Below, piece after piece: positions 54,418 through 64,000 of a stretch of DNA of 64,000 nt. Numbering within the stretch: the stretch's first letter is position 1; every line of letters begins with the position of its first letter. The position numbers and the translations under genes were made by a program. The stretch is from an uncultured Nitrososphaerales archaeon (lineage in GTDB: Archaea > Thermoproteota > Nitrososphaeria > Nitrososphaerales > Nitrososphaeraceae), in the NCBI GenBank assembly GCA_963695855.1, contig CAVOHZ010000010.1, forward strand, positions 32,001 through 96,000, written 5' to 3'. The notes beneath the pieces were generated by a model that did not search any database, was not told the DNA's origin, and saw nothing but the letters and a program-made list of their open reading frames with translations.

Positions 54418-54828
54418 TCAATGTTTTTTTACAATACATTTTTTGCACAATATTTCAAAATCGTAAACGTTTTCAGTTGAACTATCAAGATAACATAAAA
54501 GTTTTCCACAATTATTACAGTGAATTTCTATCCATCCAAAATATTTCCCAGAGATCACTGCGTTATAAAATTCTGGTGTTTCACAATCACAGCATTTTCT
54601 TTCAGGTGGTTCCATGGCCTGTGTTAGATCTTCAATACCGATCTTTTCTTGTTCTTCTTTGTCTTCTTGTTCTTTATCTTCATTCTCGTTGTCTTGTTCT
54701 TCTAAACAAAAACTACACTTAGGATTATGCAAGGAAATTTTATGCTGGCAATGTTTGCATAGAATTTCAACTTCTTCTTCATCACCATCATCACCAGATG
54801 TTGTTCTGTTTTGTGAATCGTCTATCAT
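54418..54828 (-). CDS. Acidic multi-CxxC putative zinc-binding protein
   Basis: CKHC, CSFC, CCDC, CNNC, CKKC. Confidence 0.65.
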   Translation of the reverse strand: MIDDSQNRTTSGDDGDEEEVEILCKHCQHKISLHNPKCSFCLEEQDNENEDKEQEDKEEQEKIGIEDLTQAMEPPERKCCDCETPEFYNAVISGKYFGWIEIHCNNCGKLLCYLDSSTENVYDFEILCKKCIVKKH

Positions 54829-55055
54829 TCTTATTCTGGCCCCTTAGAACCCAGCAATAGCAAGGATATTTTTTCCACGAGATAATAACAACTATTACAT
54901 GATGTTTCAATATAAGCATTTTATTTTAGCTTGATGAAATAACACAGTTAATAGAAAATTAAATATAAAATAGATTTCTGGAAAAAATGATTCTCGTTTT
55001 TATGATTAATCTCTTAAAACAGGTATTTATTAAACTCCAAAAATAATAGTTTAAC

Positions 55056-56051
55056 ATGGTTCAAAAATGGAATGATGACGATGTTAAACTTGACATACTT
55101 AAAGATCAAAGCATTGCAGTAATTGGTTATGGAATCCAGGGAAGAGCACAGGCTAATAATCTTAAAGATTCTGGATTGAATGTAATAGTTGGATTAAGAA
55201 AAGGCGGTAACTCTTGGAAAATAGCTGAGGATGATGGACAAGTTGTTATGGAAATTTCTGATGCAGCAAAGAAGGCTGATATTATTCATATTCTTGTGCC
55301 AGACATGGAACAGGGCGATATCTACGACAGAGATATCAATACATACGTTACTGAAAATAAGGCACTTTGTTTTTCCCATGGTGCAGCTATTCACTGGAAA
55401 TGGATACAGACACCAAAAAACGTGGATGTTATCATGGTTGCACCAAAAGGTCCAGGTCAAAGAGTTAGGGAACTTTACCAGGAAGGATTTGGTACTCCGT
55501 CTCTTGTAGCCGTCTACCAGGATTATACAAATACTGCATGGGATAGAGTTCTTGCTTTGGCAAAAGGAATTGGCAGTACTAGGCCAGGGGTTATTCAGAC
55601 CAATTTTAAGGAAGAAGTAGAAACAGATTGGTTTGGAGAACAGGTGGATCTCTGTGGTGGTGCTCATTCAATGGTTATGAAAGCATTTGAGACACTTACT
55701 GAGGCTGGATATCAACCAGAGGTAGCCTATTTTGAATGTCTTCACGAACTAAAGTTAATTGTAGATCTCATTCAAAAATATGGGATTACTGGAATGTATA
55801 CAAGAGTAAGTGAAACTGCAAGATACGGTGGTTTAACGAGGGGTCCAAGAATAATGGATAATTCTGTTAAAGAGAAGATGAAAAGCGTTCTTTCTGATAT
55901 ACAATCAGGTGAATTTGCAGAAGAATGGGTTAGCAGATATAAAAAAGACGGAAGAAATTCATTTAATATGTTCATGAGAGAGATTGAAAGCCATCAAATA
56001 GAAAAAGTGGGAAAAGAGATGCGAAAAATGATGTGGCCCAATGAACAATAA
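55056..56051 (+). CDS. ilvC: Ketol-acid reductoisomerase
   Basis: IGYGIQGRAQA, APKGPG, YFECLHELKLIVDL. Confidence 0.98.
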   Translation: MVQKWNDDDVKLDILKDQSIAVIGYGIQGRAQANNLKDSGLNVIVGLRKGGNSWKIAEDDGQVVMEISDAAKKADIIHILVPDMEQGDIYDRDINTYVTENKALCFSHGAAIHWKWIQTPKNVDVIMVAPKGPGQRVRELYQEGFGTPSLVAVYQDYTNTAWDRVLALAKGIGSTRPGVIQTNFKEEVETDWFGEQVDLCGGAHSMVMKAFETLTEAGYQPEVAYFECLHELKLIVDLIQKYGITGMYTRVSETARYGGLTRGPRIMDNSVKEKMKSVLSDIQSGEFAEEWVSRYKKDGRNSFNMFMREIESHQIEKVGKEMRKMMWPNEQ

Positions 56052-56301
56052 AAATAAAAATAACAATAAAAATAACAAATGCAAAAGGAACGACAAAAAA
56101 TAATAGCAATGATTATTTCCTTAAATCCGTTATCTCTTATTTTTTATTCTAAATACAATAATGATTTTTAAGAGTCTGATTCCAATAATCGGAAGTTAAA
56201 TAAAAGATATTGTGAAAATAAAAAATAGTTGCGGCTAAAGTAAGTATTTATATCATAAAAAAGGTAATATTACCAGGTTTTATTAAAAAAAGGAGAAAAC
56301 A

Positions 56302-57400
56302 ATGGTAGAAGTAAGTACGATAATTGGATTAGTTTTTACTATAATTATGATTGCGGTAATTGGATATCAGATTTATAGGCGAAGATATGCGTCGAGGAGT
56401 CCATTTGGTGGGTTTGGCAAGTCTTATCCCTCTGACAGGAGAGTAACTCCGGAAGGCGAGCCGCTAGAATCATATTCACCCATGAGTTTTAGTAAATCTA
56501 TGATGCGTGTTATTATTCCTGCAATCATAGCAATAATTATTGTCATAGTTGTTTTAACATCAAGTGTCAAAATAGTAGACGCAGGATATCGCGGAATATT
56601 GTTAAACTTTGGTGCAGTAGATACAACAAGATCGCTTGAAGAAGGACTGCATTTTGTTGTTCCGTTTCGAGATAATGTAGTTCAGATGGAGGTCAGGACT
56701 CAAAAGGTTGTTGTGAGTTCCACATCAGCTTCTAAAGACTTACAGGATGTTAGTACCTGAGGTTGCTGTAAACTATCATCTTCGACCCGAATTTGCACAA
56801 ATACTTTACCAACGATTAGGTTTAGATTATGCAAATAGGGTCATCCAACCAACGATTCAAGAAACTGTGAAACAGGTAACTGCAAGGTTTAACGCCGAAG
56901 AATTGATAACAAAAAGAGAGATCGTTAAGGACCAGATTGAAGAACAGATAAAAACCAGGTTGGGGAACTACAATATCGACGTTGACGCAGTATCTATTAC
57001 CGAGTTTAGATTTTCTCAACAATTTACGAAGGCAATTGAATCTAAAGTAGAGGCACAACAAAGAGCACTTCAGGCACAAAATGAACTTAGAAGGATTCAA
57101 ATCGAAGCCAACCAGACAGAAGCAAAAGCGATAGGAGAACAAAGGGCCGCTATTGCACAAGCAACTGGAGCTAGACAAGCAAATATCTTGAAAGCAGAAG
57201 GAGAATCTGGAGCTATAAAAATAATAGATGAACAACTTAGACAGAGTCCAACGTATCTTCAATGGCTGAAAACCCAGAGATGGGATGGAAAATTACCGTT
57301 AGTGACTGGCGGAGGTAGTGGTAATGAAGGTGGAGTTACTCCATTCATAGAAATACCCACTGAAAGATACGGTCCCTTTGAAAACGCCACGCACCAATGA
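56302..57400 (+). CDS. SPFH/prohibitin-family membrane protein (frameshift near 56758)
   Basis: EGLHFVVPF, SKDLQDVST/EVAVNY, ARFNAEELIT, WDGKLP; one extra base separates the two ORFs. Confidence 0.9.
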
Positions 57401-57593
57401 TGATAGGATATACAACAACAAGATCTTTTCTTATTTTTTAAAAATTTTTTTTATTTCTAATTCGAAGACAAATTAATTAATCTTGCATTATTAATATTAA
57501 TAACAAGTAGAAAAAACAAAAAGTAGAAAAAACAAAGAATGAATCTAGACAAAAATGGGACCGATTGTTATGGACGATATCCTGTACTTACAG

Positions 57594-58040
57594 TTATAGT
57601 TCTCTTTTCTTTTTGATGTTTTTCTTAATATGGTCAATTATGATTTGTAAAGGTGTCCCCGGTCCAAAATTTCCAGTAATGCCTTCATTTTCCAAGTGCT
57701 TTTTATCACCTTCAGGTATTACTCCCCCTCCAACTAAAAGAATATCATCTATCCCTTGATTTTTCAATATTTTTGATACCTTAGGAAAGAGTGTCGAATG
57801 GGCTCCGTTGAGAAGACTCATGGCAACAGCATCTACGTCCTCATCAATAGCAGTCTTAGCAACCTGTTCCGGAGTACAGAATAGTCCAGAATAAATAACC
57901 TCCATTCCAGCATCTCTTAATGCTCTACAAATTACGAGTGCACCCCTATCATGCCCATCCAAGCCTAATTTGGCGACAAGAACTCTGGTTCTTTTTAACT
58001 GTTGTTGACTTTGATCTTTAACAGTAGAAGCAATTGTCAT
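57594..58040 (-). CDS. mcmA2: Methylmalonyl-CoA mutase small (B12-binding) subunit
   Basis: KLGLDGHDRG, GGGVIP, FGPGT. Confidence 0.93.
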   Translation of the reverse strand: MTIASTVKDQSQQQLKRTRVLVAKLGLDGHDRGALVICRALRDAGMEVIYSGLFCTPEQVAKTAIDEDVDAVAMSLLNGAHSTLFPKVSKILKNQGIDDILLVGGGVIPEGDKKHLENEGITGNFGPGTPLQIIIDHIKKNIKKKREL

Positions 58041-58362
58041 CAGTATATTGAAATACTTTTTATTTTAATAACTTTTCTCATTATAATATAATATTTTATT
58101 TATGAAATATATTTATTATAAGAATTAATCATAGAGATTTTTTAAAAAGGATCATCTAAATGAAATAAGCCCATCGATTAAAGGTTGCGTGGATTTCAAG
58201 TACATATAATATAGATGTTTAAAGACATGATGAATATTTAATTGATAAATTGTTGTATAACAGAAAAATTTCATAAAGTTAATGACTGACATACAAAAGC
58301 CGTAAATGCAGAAAATAAATATTATAACTATTAATATGAAATAAATAACAAATTCGTCATAA

Positions 58363-59298
58363 TTGCTCAAAATAGTTGAAGGTATTCTTAAAGGGGACAG
58401 ACGTTCCTTGTCCAGAGCTATATCGATAATTGACAATGAAGAAGGAGAATATCAAGAGATAATTCGTCAGATTTTTAAAAAAACTGGCAAGTCTACCACT
58501 CTAGGATTCACAGGTCCAGGTGGAGCTGGAAAGAGTTCCTTGATAGGAAAACTTGTTCCAGAATTTAAAAACCTTGGATACAAAGTCGCCATAATTGCTG
58601 TAGATCCTACTAGTCCTATCACCGGTGGAGCTATATTGGGAGATAGAGTGAGGATGCAAAGTAACATAATAGAAAATTCAGATGTATTTATGAGAAGCAT
58701 CGCATCGAGGGGTGCAGTTGGAGGGATATCAAATTCTTTGAGAAATATAATTAGAATTCTTGACGCGGCTGGATACACATTGATAATAATAGAAAGTGTA
58801 GGTGCAGGACAACTCGAAATCGAAGTATCCAAGGTTGTAAATCTCACTCTAGTTATATTTACACCAAACACTGGAGACAAAGTGCAAGCTGTTAAGGCAG
58901 GACTAACTGAGATCGGCGATGTCTATGTCGTCAATAAAGGAGATTTGGAAGGTGCAAATTCTCTCTATCTTACTTTAAAGGACTTGATAGGCGAGACAGA
59001 AAGGAAACCGATGGTTTTAAAAGTATCTTCAAAAACAGGCAAAGGTGTCAAAGATCTTGCCGAGAAAGTTGACCGATTACTCAAAGAAAGAATAAACCTC
59101 TTTCAAGATAAAGAACATTTAATGTTAGAAAATGAATTAAAAGATATGATTTTAAATATAATGCATAACAAGATAATAAGAATGTTAGATGACAACAAGT
59201 CATTTGATAATTTTATTGAAAAGATACAAGATAAGAGAATCGATCCATTTAAAGCTGCAGAGGAGCTCTCGGTAAAGATTCTGGAGAGCAAGAGATAG
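58363..59298 (+). CDS. meaB: Methylmalonyl-CoA mutase-associated GTPase
   Basis: GPGGAGKSS, DPTSPITGGAILGDRVRM, ESVGAGQ, NKGD. Confidence 0.95.
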   Translation: MLKIVEGILKGDRRSLSRAISIIDNEEGEYQEIIRQIFKKTGKSTTLGFTGPGGAGKSSLIGKLVPEFKNLGYKVAIIAVDPTSPITGGAILGDRVRMQSNIIENSDVFMRSIASRGAVGGISNSLRNIIRILDAAGYTLIIIESVGAGQLEIEVSKVVNLTLVIFTPNTGDKVQAVKAGLTEIGDVYVVNKGDLEGANSLYLTLKDLIGETERKPMVLKVSSKTGKGVKDLAEKVDRLLKERINLFQDKEHLMLENELKDMILNIMHNKIIRMLDDNKSFDNFIEKIQDKRIDPFKAAEELSVKILESKR

Positions 59299-59324
59299 AC
59301 AATTGGAGGAGTGGAAGAACAACA

Positions 59325-61073
59325 ATGGTATCCAAAAAAATTGCAAGCAAAATGAAACCTAGTAAAATCATCAAAGGATCTAAAAATGAAAAAGCCAAAT
59401 CTAAGACAAAAAAATTAGAAACGGCTACAAAAAGACCAATAAAAACAGAAGTTAAAAGAATAAAATCACAGGAAAATAAAAAAGAAGTAAAAAAGCAGGA
59501 ACTTGTCACGGATTCTGGATTTCCTGTAAAGGTGTCATATTATAGAAATGATATTTCCAAAAGGAATACTCAAGATGAAAAAGCTGGAAAGCATCCATAT
59601 ACCAGAGGAATTCATGATACAATGTATCGTGAAAGATTCTGGACAATGAGGCAGTACAGTGGATTTGGAAGTGCTGAGGAGACAAATAACAGATTTAAAT
59701 TTCTCTTAGAACATGGCCAAACTGGCCTTTCTCTTGCTTTTGATTTGCCAACCCAAACAGGTCGTGATTCCGACGATGTGCAGTCAGAGGGAGAAGTTGG
59801 AAGAACTGGAGTAGCCATCAGTTCTATTGACGACATGTTGACGTGCTTTAATGGAATTCCGTTGGACAAGGTCAGCAGTTCTATGACAATCAATTCCACA
59901 GCTGCTACTCTTCTGGCATTATATGTTAGTGTTGCTGAATCACAAGGTTTTCCTCCTACGGAACTGAGAGGTACTACCCAAAACGATATTTTGAAAGAAT
60001 ACAGTGCAAGAAATACATACATCTATCCACCAAAACCGTCGATAAGACTCATAGGAGATATGATCCAGTACTGTTCAAAATATGTTCCTCAATGGTATCC
60101 TATCAGTATTTCTGGTTACCATATTAGGGAGGCAGGTTCAAACGCAGTACAAGAACTTGCCTTTACATTTGCTGATGCTATTGAGTACGTACAGACTTGC
60201 ATTGATAGAGGTATGAAAGTAGATGATTTTGCCCCTCGTCTTTCTTTCTTTTTCTGCGGTACCATGGAATTTTTTGAAGAGATAGCAAAATTTAGGGCAG
60301 CTAGAAGAATTTATTCAAGGATAATGAAAGATAGATTTCATGCTAAAGACACAAAATCGTGTACTTTGAGATTTCACGTACAGACAAGTGGAGAATCGCT
60401 AACCGCCCAACAGGTAGATAACAACATTGTGAGAGTTGCAACAGAAGCTATGTCTGCGGTTTTAGGTGGATGCCAATCTTTACATACAAATTCAAGAGAC
60501 GAAGCATTGGCATTACCCACAGAAGAATCTGTAAAGATAGCTCTGAGGACACAACAAATAATCGCCACAGAAACTGGTGTAACAAAAACGGTAGATCCAT
60601 TGGCCGGGTCATATTATGTAGAGTACCTTACTAACAAAATAGAAGACGAGGTTGAAAAGTATCTTAAAAGGATAGATAGAATGGGTGGAGCACTTGCTGC
60701 AGTTGAGAAAGGTTTCTTCCAAGATGAGATAAGGACAAACGCGTATAAGCTAAAGAAGGAGATAGATGAACAAAAGAGAATCATTGTCGGCGTAAACAAG
60801 TATCAAGACCCACATGACATAGAACCCAAGCTAAATGTTATAGATCAAGCTATAGAAGATAGGCAGATAGTAAGACTAAAAGAGTTTAAAAGATCAAGAG
60901 ATAATACCAAAGTAGAACATGCAATTTCTCTTTTGATAACAAATGCAGAAAAAGATGATTCAAATTTGATGCCACACATCATAGATGCTGTTAAAAACAA
61001 GGTCACATTGGGAGAGATAAGTACGGCATTTCAATCAGTATTCGGAAGATATGAACCAAAGATATCTTTCTAA
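59325..61073 (+). CDS. mcmA1: Methylmalonyl-CoA mutase large subunit
   Basis: PYTRG, WTMRQYSG, QNDILKEY, SGYHIREAG, SLHTNS.DEAL. Confidence 0.96.
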   Translation: MVSKKIASKMKPSKIIKGSKNEKAKSKTKKLETATKRPIKTEVKRIKSQENKKEVKKQELVTDSGFPVKVSYYRNDISKRNTQDEKAGKHPYTRGIHDTMYRERFWTMRQYSGFGSAEETNNRFKFLLEHGQTGLSLAFDLPTQTGRDSDDVQSEGEVGRTGVAISSIDDMLTCFNGIPLDKVSSSMTINSTAATLLALYVSVAESQGFPPTELRGTTQNDILKEYSARNTYIYPPKPSIRLIGDMIQYCSKYVPQWYPISISGYHIREAGSNAVQELAFTFADAIEYVQTCIDRGMKVDDFAPRLSFFFCGTMEFFEEIAKFRAARRIYSRIMKDRFHAKDTKSCTLRFHVQTSGESLTAQQVDNNIVRVATEAMSAVLGGCQSLHTNSRDEALALPTEESVKIALRTQQIIATETGVTKTVDPLAGSYYVEYLTNKIEDEVEKYLKRIDRMGGALAAVEKGFFQDEIRTNAYKLKKEIDEQKRIIVGVNKYQDPHDIEPKLNVIDQAIEDRQIVRLKEFKRSRDNTKVEHAISLLITNAEKDDSNLMPHIIDAVKNKVTLGEISTAFQSVFGRYEPKISF

Positions 61074-61462
61074 TTTTTTATTTATTTTGATTTAGTTTTT
61101 TTTTTTTGCTTTATGTCTTTTTTTGTACCGATAGCGAATTACTATTCCAATATATGGTATAATAAACCTGTAATTTTTCAGATTTCACCTTTTTAATAAA
61201 CAACATAAGAGGCTATATTACATTGTCTAATTCATTTATATTTACAAGAAATTGATCTGTATATGGTAGCACAAGTATACTGACGTAATTTTACTACTAG
61301 GTCAGATAAAAATCGTATTTGTTCATATTTGGGATACCAGACTATCCCTTCATCATGAGGTTCATTTTTACGGAAACTGGTATACATATTTCGTGTATCG
61401 GAATCTGTAGAGCAATTTATAAAGTATAATAAGCATGATATGGAAAGGTCCGATACAATTGC

Positions 61463-61978
61463 TTATCCTATATATGATACATTTTTGTTATCAAATTTTT
61501 TAACTTGCATAAAATTTCTATCAAAATCTCTATTACGCATCTTGGGGATATGAGGAAATGCATTTAAAGGATTGTTTGCAAATTTGGTCGTAGTATGATC
61601 TACTCCAAAAAGACGCAAACATAGTTTATAGGTTAAATTTCTTACTTGATATTCATCAACTATACCTAGACTGTGAAGGTATTCATGTGCCAAAACTGCA
61701 AAAACATAGGAATTGTACGCCTCTTTAGAATAAGTACTTTTAATATATTCTAGCAGATATCTGTTAGCAACTATAATATTTGAACCGAGAACATGATAAG
61801 CTCCTAAATTAGTTGGCATTCCTTGTAAAATTAGGTTCAATCCAGTTCTATTCATTTGAAAGACTGCAGATACACAATATTTCACAAATTCAAATATTTC
61901 ATTAAAATCCTTCAACTGATCTAATTTTATTTTATTATTTGTTAGGTCTAAAAGATCGTTCTTTATTTTTATATCCAT
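61463..61978 (-). CDS. Putative zincin metallopeptidase
   Basis: HEYLHSLG (HExxH) motif. Confidence 0.75.
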   Translation of the reverse strand: MDIKIKNDLLDLTNNKIKLDQLKDFNEIFEFVKYCVSAVFQMNRTGLNLILQGMPTNLGAYHVLGSNIIVANRYLLEYIKSTYSKEAYNSYVFAVLAHEYLHSLGIVDEYQVRNLTYKLCLRLFGVDHTTTKFANNPLNAFPHIPKMRNRDFDRNFMQVKKFDNKNVSYIG

Positions 61979-62593
61979 AAAATAAATGTCATCTTTAGTA
62001 TATAAATTATCGTATCGTTACTAGGTTCTTATCCAATTTGAAGCAACTAAACCAATTAATAATATTAGTTCAATCAAAGAAAATAAAAACTATAAAATTA
62101 AAGAATAATAACTGACCTTTTGCAACAAAAACTAAATTTGGTAGCTGAATCTACGCGTCATCTGTGTATTAAATCGGTTCATTAGCCTCGGCAACAAACA
62201 ATTAGAAAATAGGATTTATTTTCAGCATAAAAGATAGGATAGAATAGAAAAAGAAAAGGTGTAGGTTGTAACCATAGAAATTCACTCATATTTATTGGAA
62301 ATATATTAGAATAATTGTTTTTATAAATACTGAATAGATCTAATAATAATTTATATAAGTAATTATGTTTTTTCTAGTTGTTCTTACGTCCATAGTTTTA
62401 GGATCGTGTTTTGACGAATGTTTTTCTGAATTAGAAAATACATATGTTTGAAAAAGTGAGTATCAATCCAATATCCAAAAGATTGACTGTGGGGGAATCA
62501 AATTATGCTTCAGATTTAAGTAAAGTTTATTCTATATTTAGATAATGTACTATGAATATTAAATAGAAGAATCGAGTAGTATATATCCTAAAA

Positions 62594-62776
62594 TTGTATG
62601 TAGAAAAAAATAAAATCAAAAATTATGCCACGATAGTTATCATAGCCTTGATTGTACTGTTTATTTTGACAATAGGTGTAATATCAGTATATGATCTAAT
62701 AGTTCATGATATTACAAATAATTTTAATGAACTATGTGCAAGATATGGCTTCCTTATATCTCCTGGATGTTTTTAG
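62594..62776 (+). CDS. Small membrane protein
   Basis: Single TM segment plus two C-terminal Cys. Confidence 0.4.
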   Translation: MYVEKNKIKNYATIVIIALIVLFILTIGVISVYDLIVHDITNNFNELCARYGFLISPGCF

Positions 62777-63003
62777 TTGATTTGATATTTTATAATGTAT
62801 TGACTGATATTTAATAGGAAAAAATTTTTCTTGTGAATATTCTTCTATCTAAAATAGTAATATTTTTTTTATTATTGAATAGTTACAGTGAAGATTTGTC
62901 CAAAAATTCTGAAATAGAAAAAAATGAAAAAGAATTATAGTCACGCTTTTACTATATCAATAATGACCCCTAAATTTAAATTAGAATTAATAGTTGTGAA
63001 CCT

Positions 63004-63912
63004 ATGAATTGTAGAAGAAATTATTATGTTGAAGGTGGAAAATTATGTATAATTTCGTTATTGACAATATCTTTGATTTTTTCTCTTGCAAGTGCTTTCT
63101 CAATCACGGATTCAAATCTCGATAATGAAAATGAAAAAAAAGACAATAGCATATCATCAAAACTAACAACAATAAGAGCAAAACTCAACCTAAACAATAT
63201 AACAGACATTCAAAGCTATGATCGTATCAAGGTAGTTGGTTATCTTAATGGCGAAGGACAAATTTCCTATGTAGACCTGAAAGATAATCAAAAGGAAACA
63301 GAACAGCAACCAAATCAAAACTTAAACGTCGATCTAAAGTTTAATCAAAGTAACTACATTTCCAGTGTGATGGTTGATGATGAATATTATGTTTGTGCAT
63401 ATCTGTTAGATGATAAACAGATGGATAAAACAAATCTTCCAATATATGATTGTGATGAAGGAAATATAGGACTATCGACTGATTTAGATACAGTTACGCT
63501 TTTTTCGACGATGAAAAAATACAGTGAATCCAATGCGTTTTATAAAACAAGACAAAGTTCAGTAGATGACAAAATGCCAGAGAAAATAAAAATCACTATA
63601 AAGGTTCCCATATTTGATGCTAAAGATATTGAGGACATGGATGTGGTAGGAATGATCAAGGGTGAATATCAAATAAAAACAATTAATGTACAGGATGAGT
63701 TAAACAAAGGAATCAAAAACGAGCGAATTTCGGTACCATTTATCTTCGATAGGCAGACAGAATTGGGACCAATAGAACCAGGTGATATGTTCTTTGCGTG
63801 TGTCACATCTGATGAATTTCCTGATCAAAATTCAGATTGTGAAAAAAGAATCCTGAAAAATCTAAAGGGATCGAATCCAATATGTGCTAGAATAGACAGT
63901 ACTTGTAAATGA
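63004..63912 (+). CDS. Secreted protein with two internal Cys-paired beta-rich repeats
   Basis: Signal peptide; VVGYLNGEGQI..YYVCAY..DCDEG versus VVGMIKGEYQI..FFACVT..DCEKR. Confidence 0.75.
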   Translation: MNCRRNYYVEGGKLCIISLLTISLIFSLASAFSITDSNLDNENEKKDNSISSKLTTIRAKLNLNNITDIQSYDRIKVVGYLNGEGQISYVDLKDNQKETEQQPNQNLNVDLKFNQSNYISSVMVDDEYYVCAYLLDDKQMDKTNLPIYDCDEGNIGLSTDLDTVTLFSTMKKYSESNAFYKTRQSSVDDKMPEKIKITIKVPIFDAKDIEDMDVVGMIKGEYQIKTINVQDELNKGIKNERISVPFIFDRQTELGPIEPGDMFFACVTSDEFPDQNSDCEKRILKNLKGSNPICARIDSTCK

Positions 63913-64000
63913 TAGTAGTTGTTAATTTTTTTTAGGAAACAGTAATCGATAATGTGTATTGTTGATCGTAGGTTCAAAGCATTAGAAGTCTTGTACAATG

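Overview
AT-rich archaeal chromosome segment. Gene content (rpS3Ae, RNase P Pop5/Rpp30, archaeal CysS/MetG/NadM/AhcY, split methylmalonyl-CoA mutase plus MeaB, YVTN propellers, FxLYD and C2H2 proteins) points to an ammonia-oxidising Nitrososphaerota archaeon, most like Ca. Nitrosocosmicus (inference, not searched). Housekeeping blocks (7-9.6, 17-18.8 and 45.8-61 kb) alternate with accessory DNA of three kinds: (i) secreted, repeat-rich, modular surface proteins (Tyr/Lys/Asp/Pro tandem-repeat protein, collagen-like protein, mucin-like/coiled-coil protein, Cys-bracketed YVTN propellers) that visibly share signal peptides and unnamed Cys-containing domains, with a PsbP-like/DsbA fusion nearby; (ii) an IS-riddled glycan-modification island at about 19.5-39.7 kb; (iii) many IS copies and remnants (IS630, IS5, ISL2-type, IS1595, IS481, IS3), a partial ahcY duplication and a tRNA-Ala 3' fragment. 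Many exported-protein genes are split by single-base indels, which may be long-read errors. No rRNA, complete tRNA or CRISPR array was seen.
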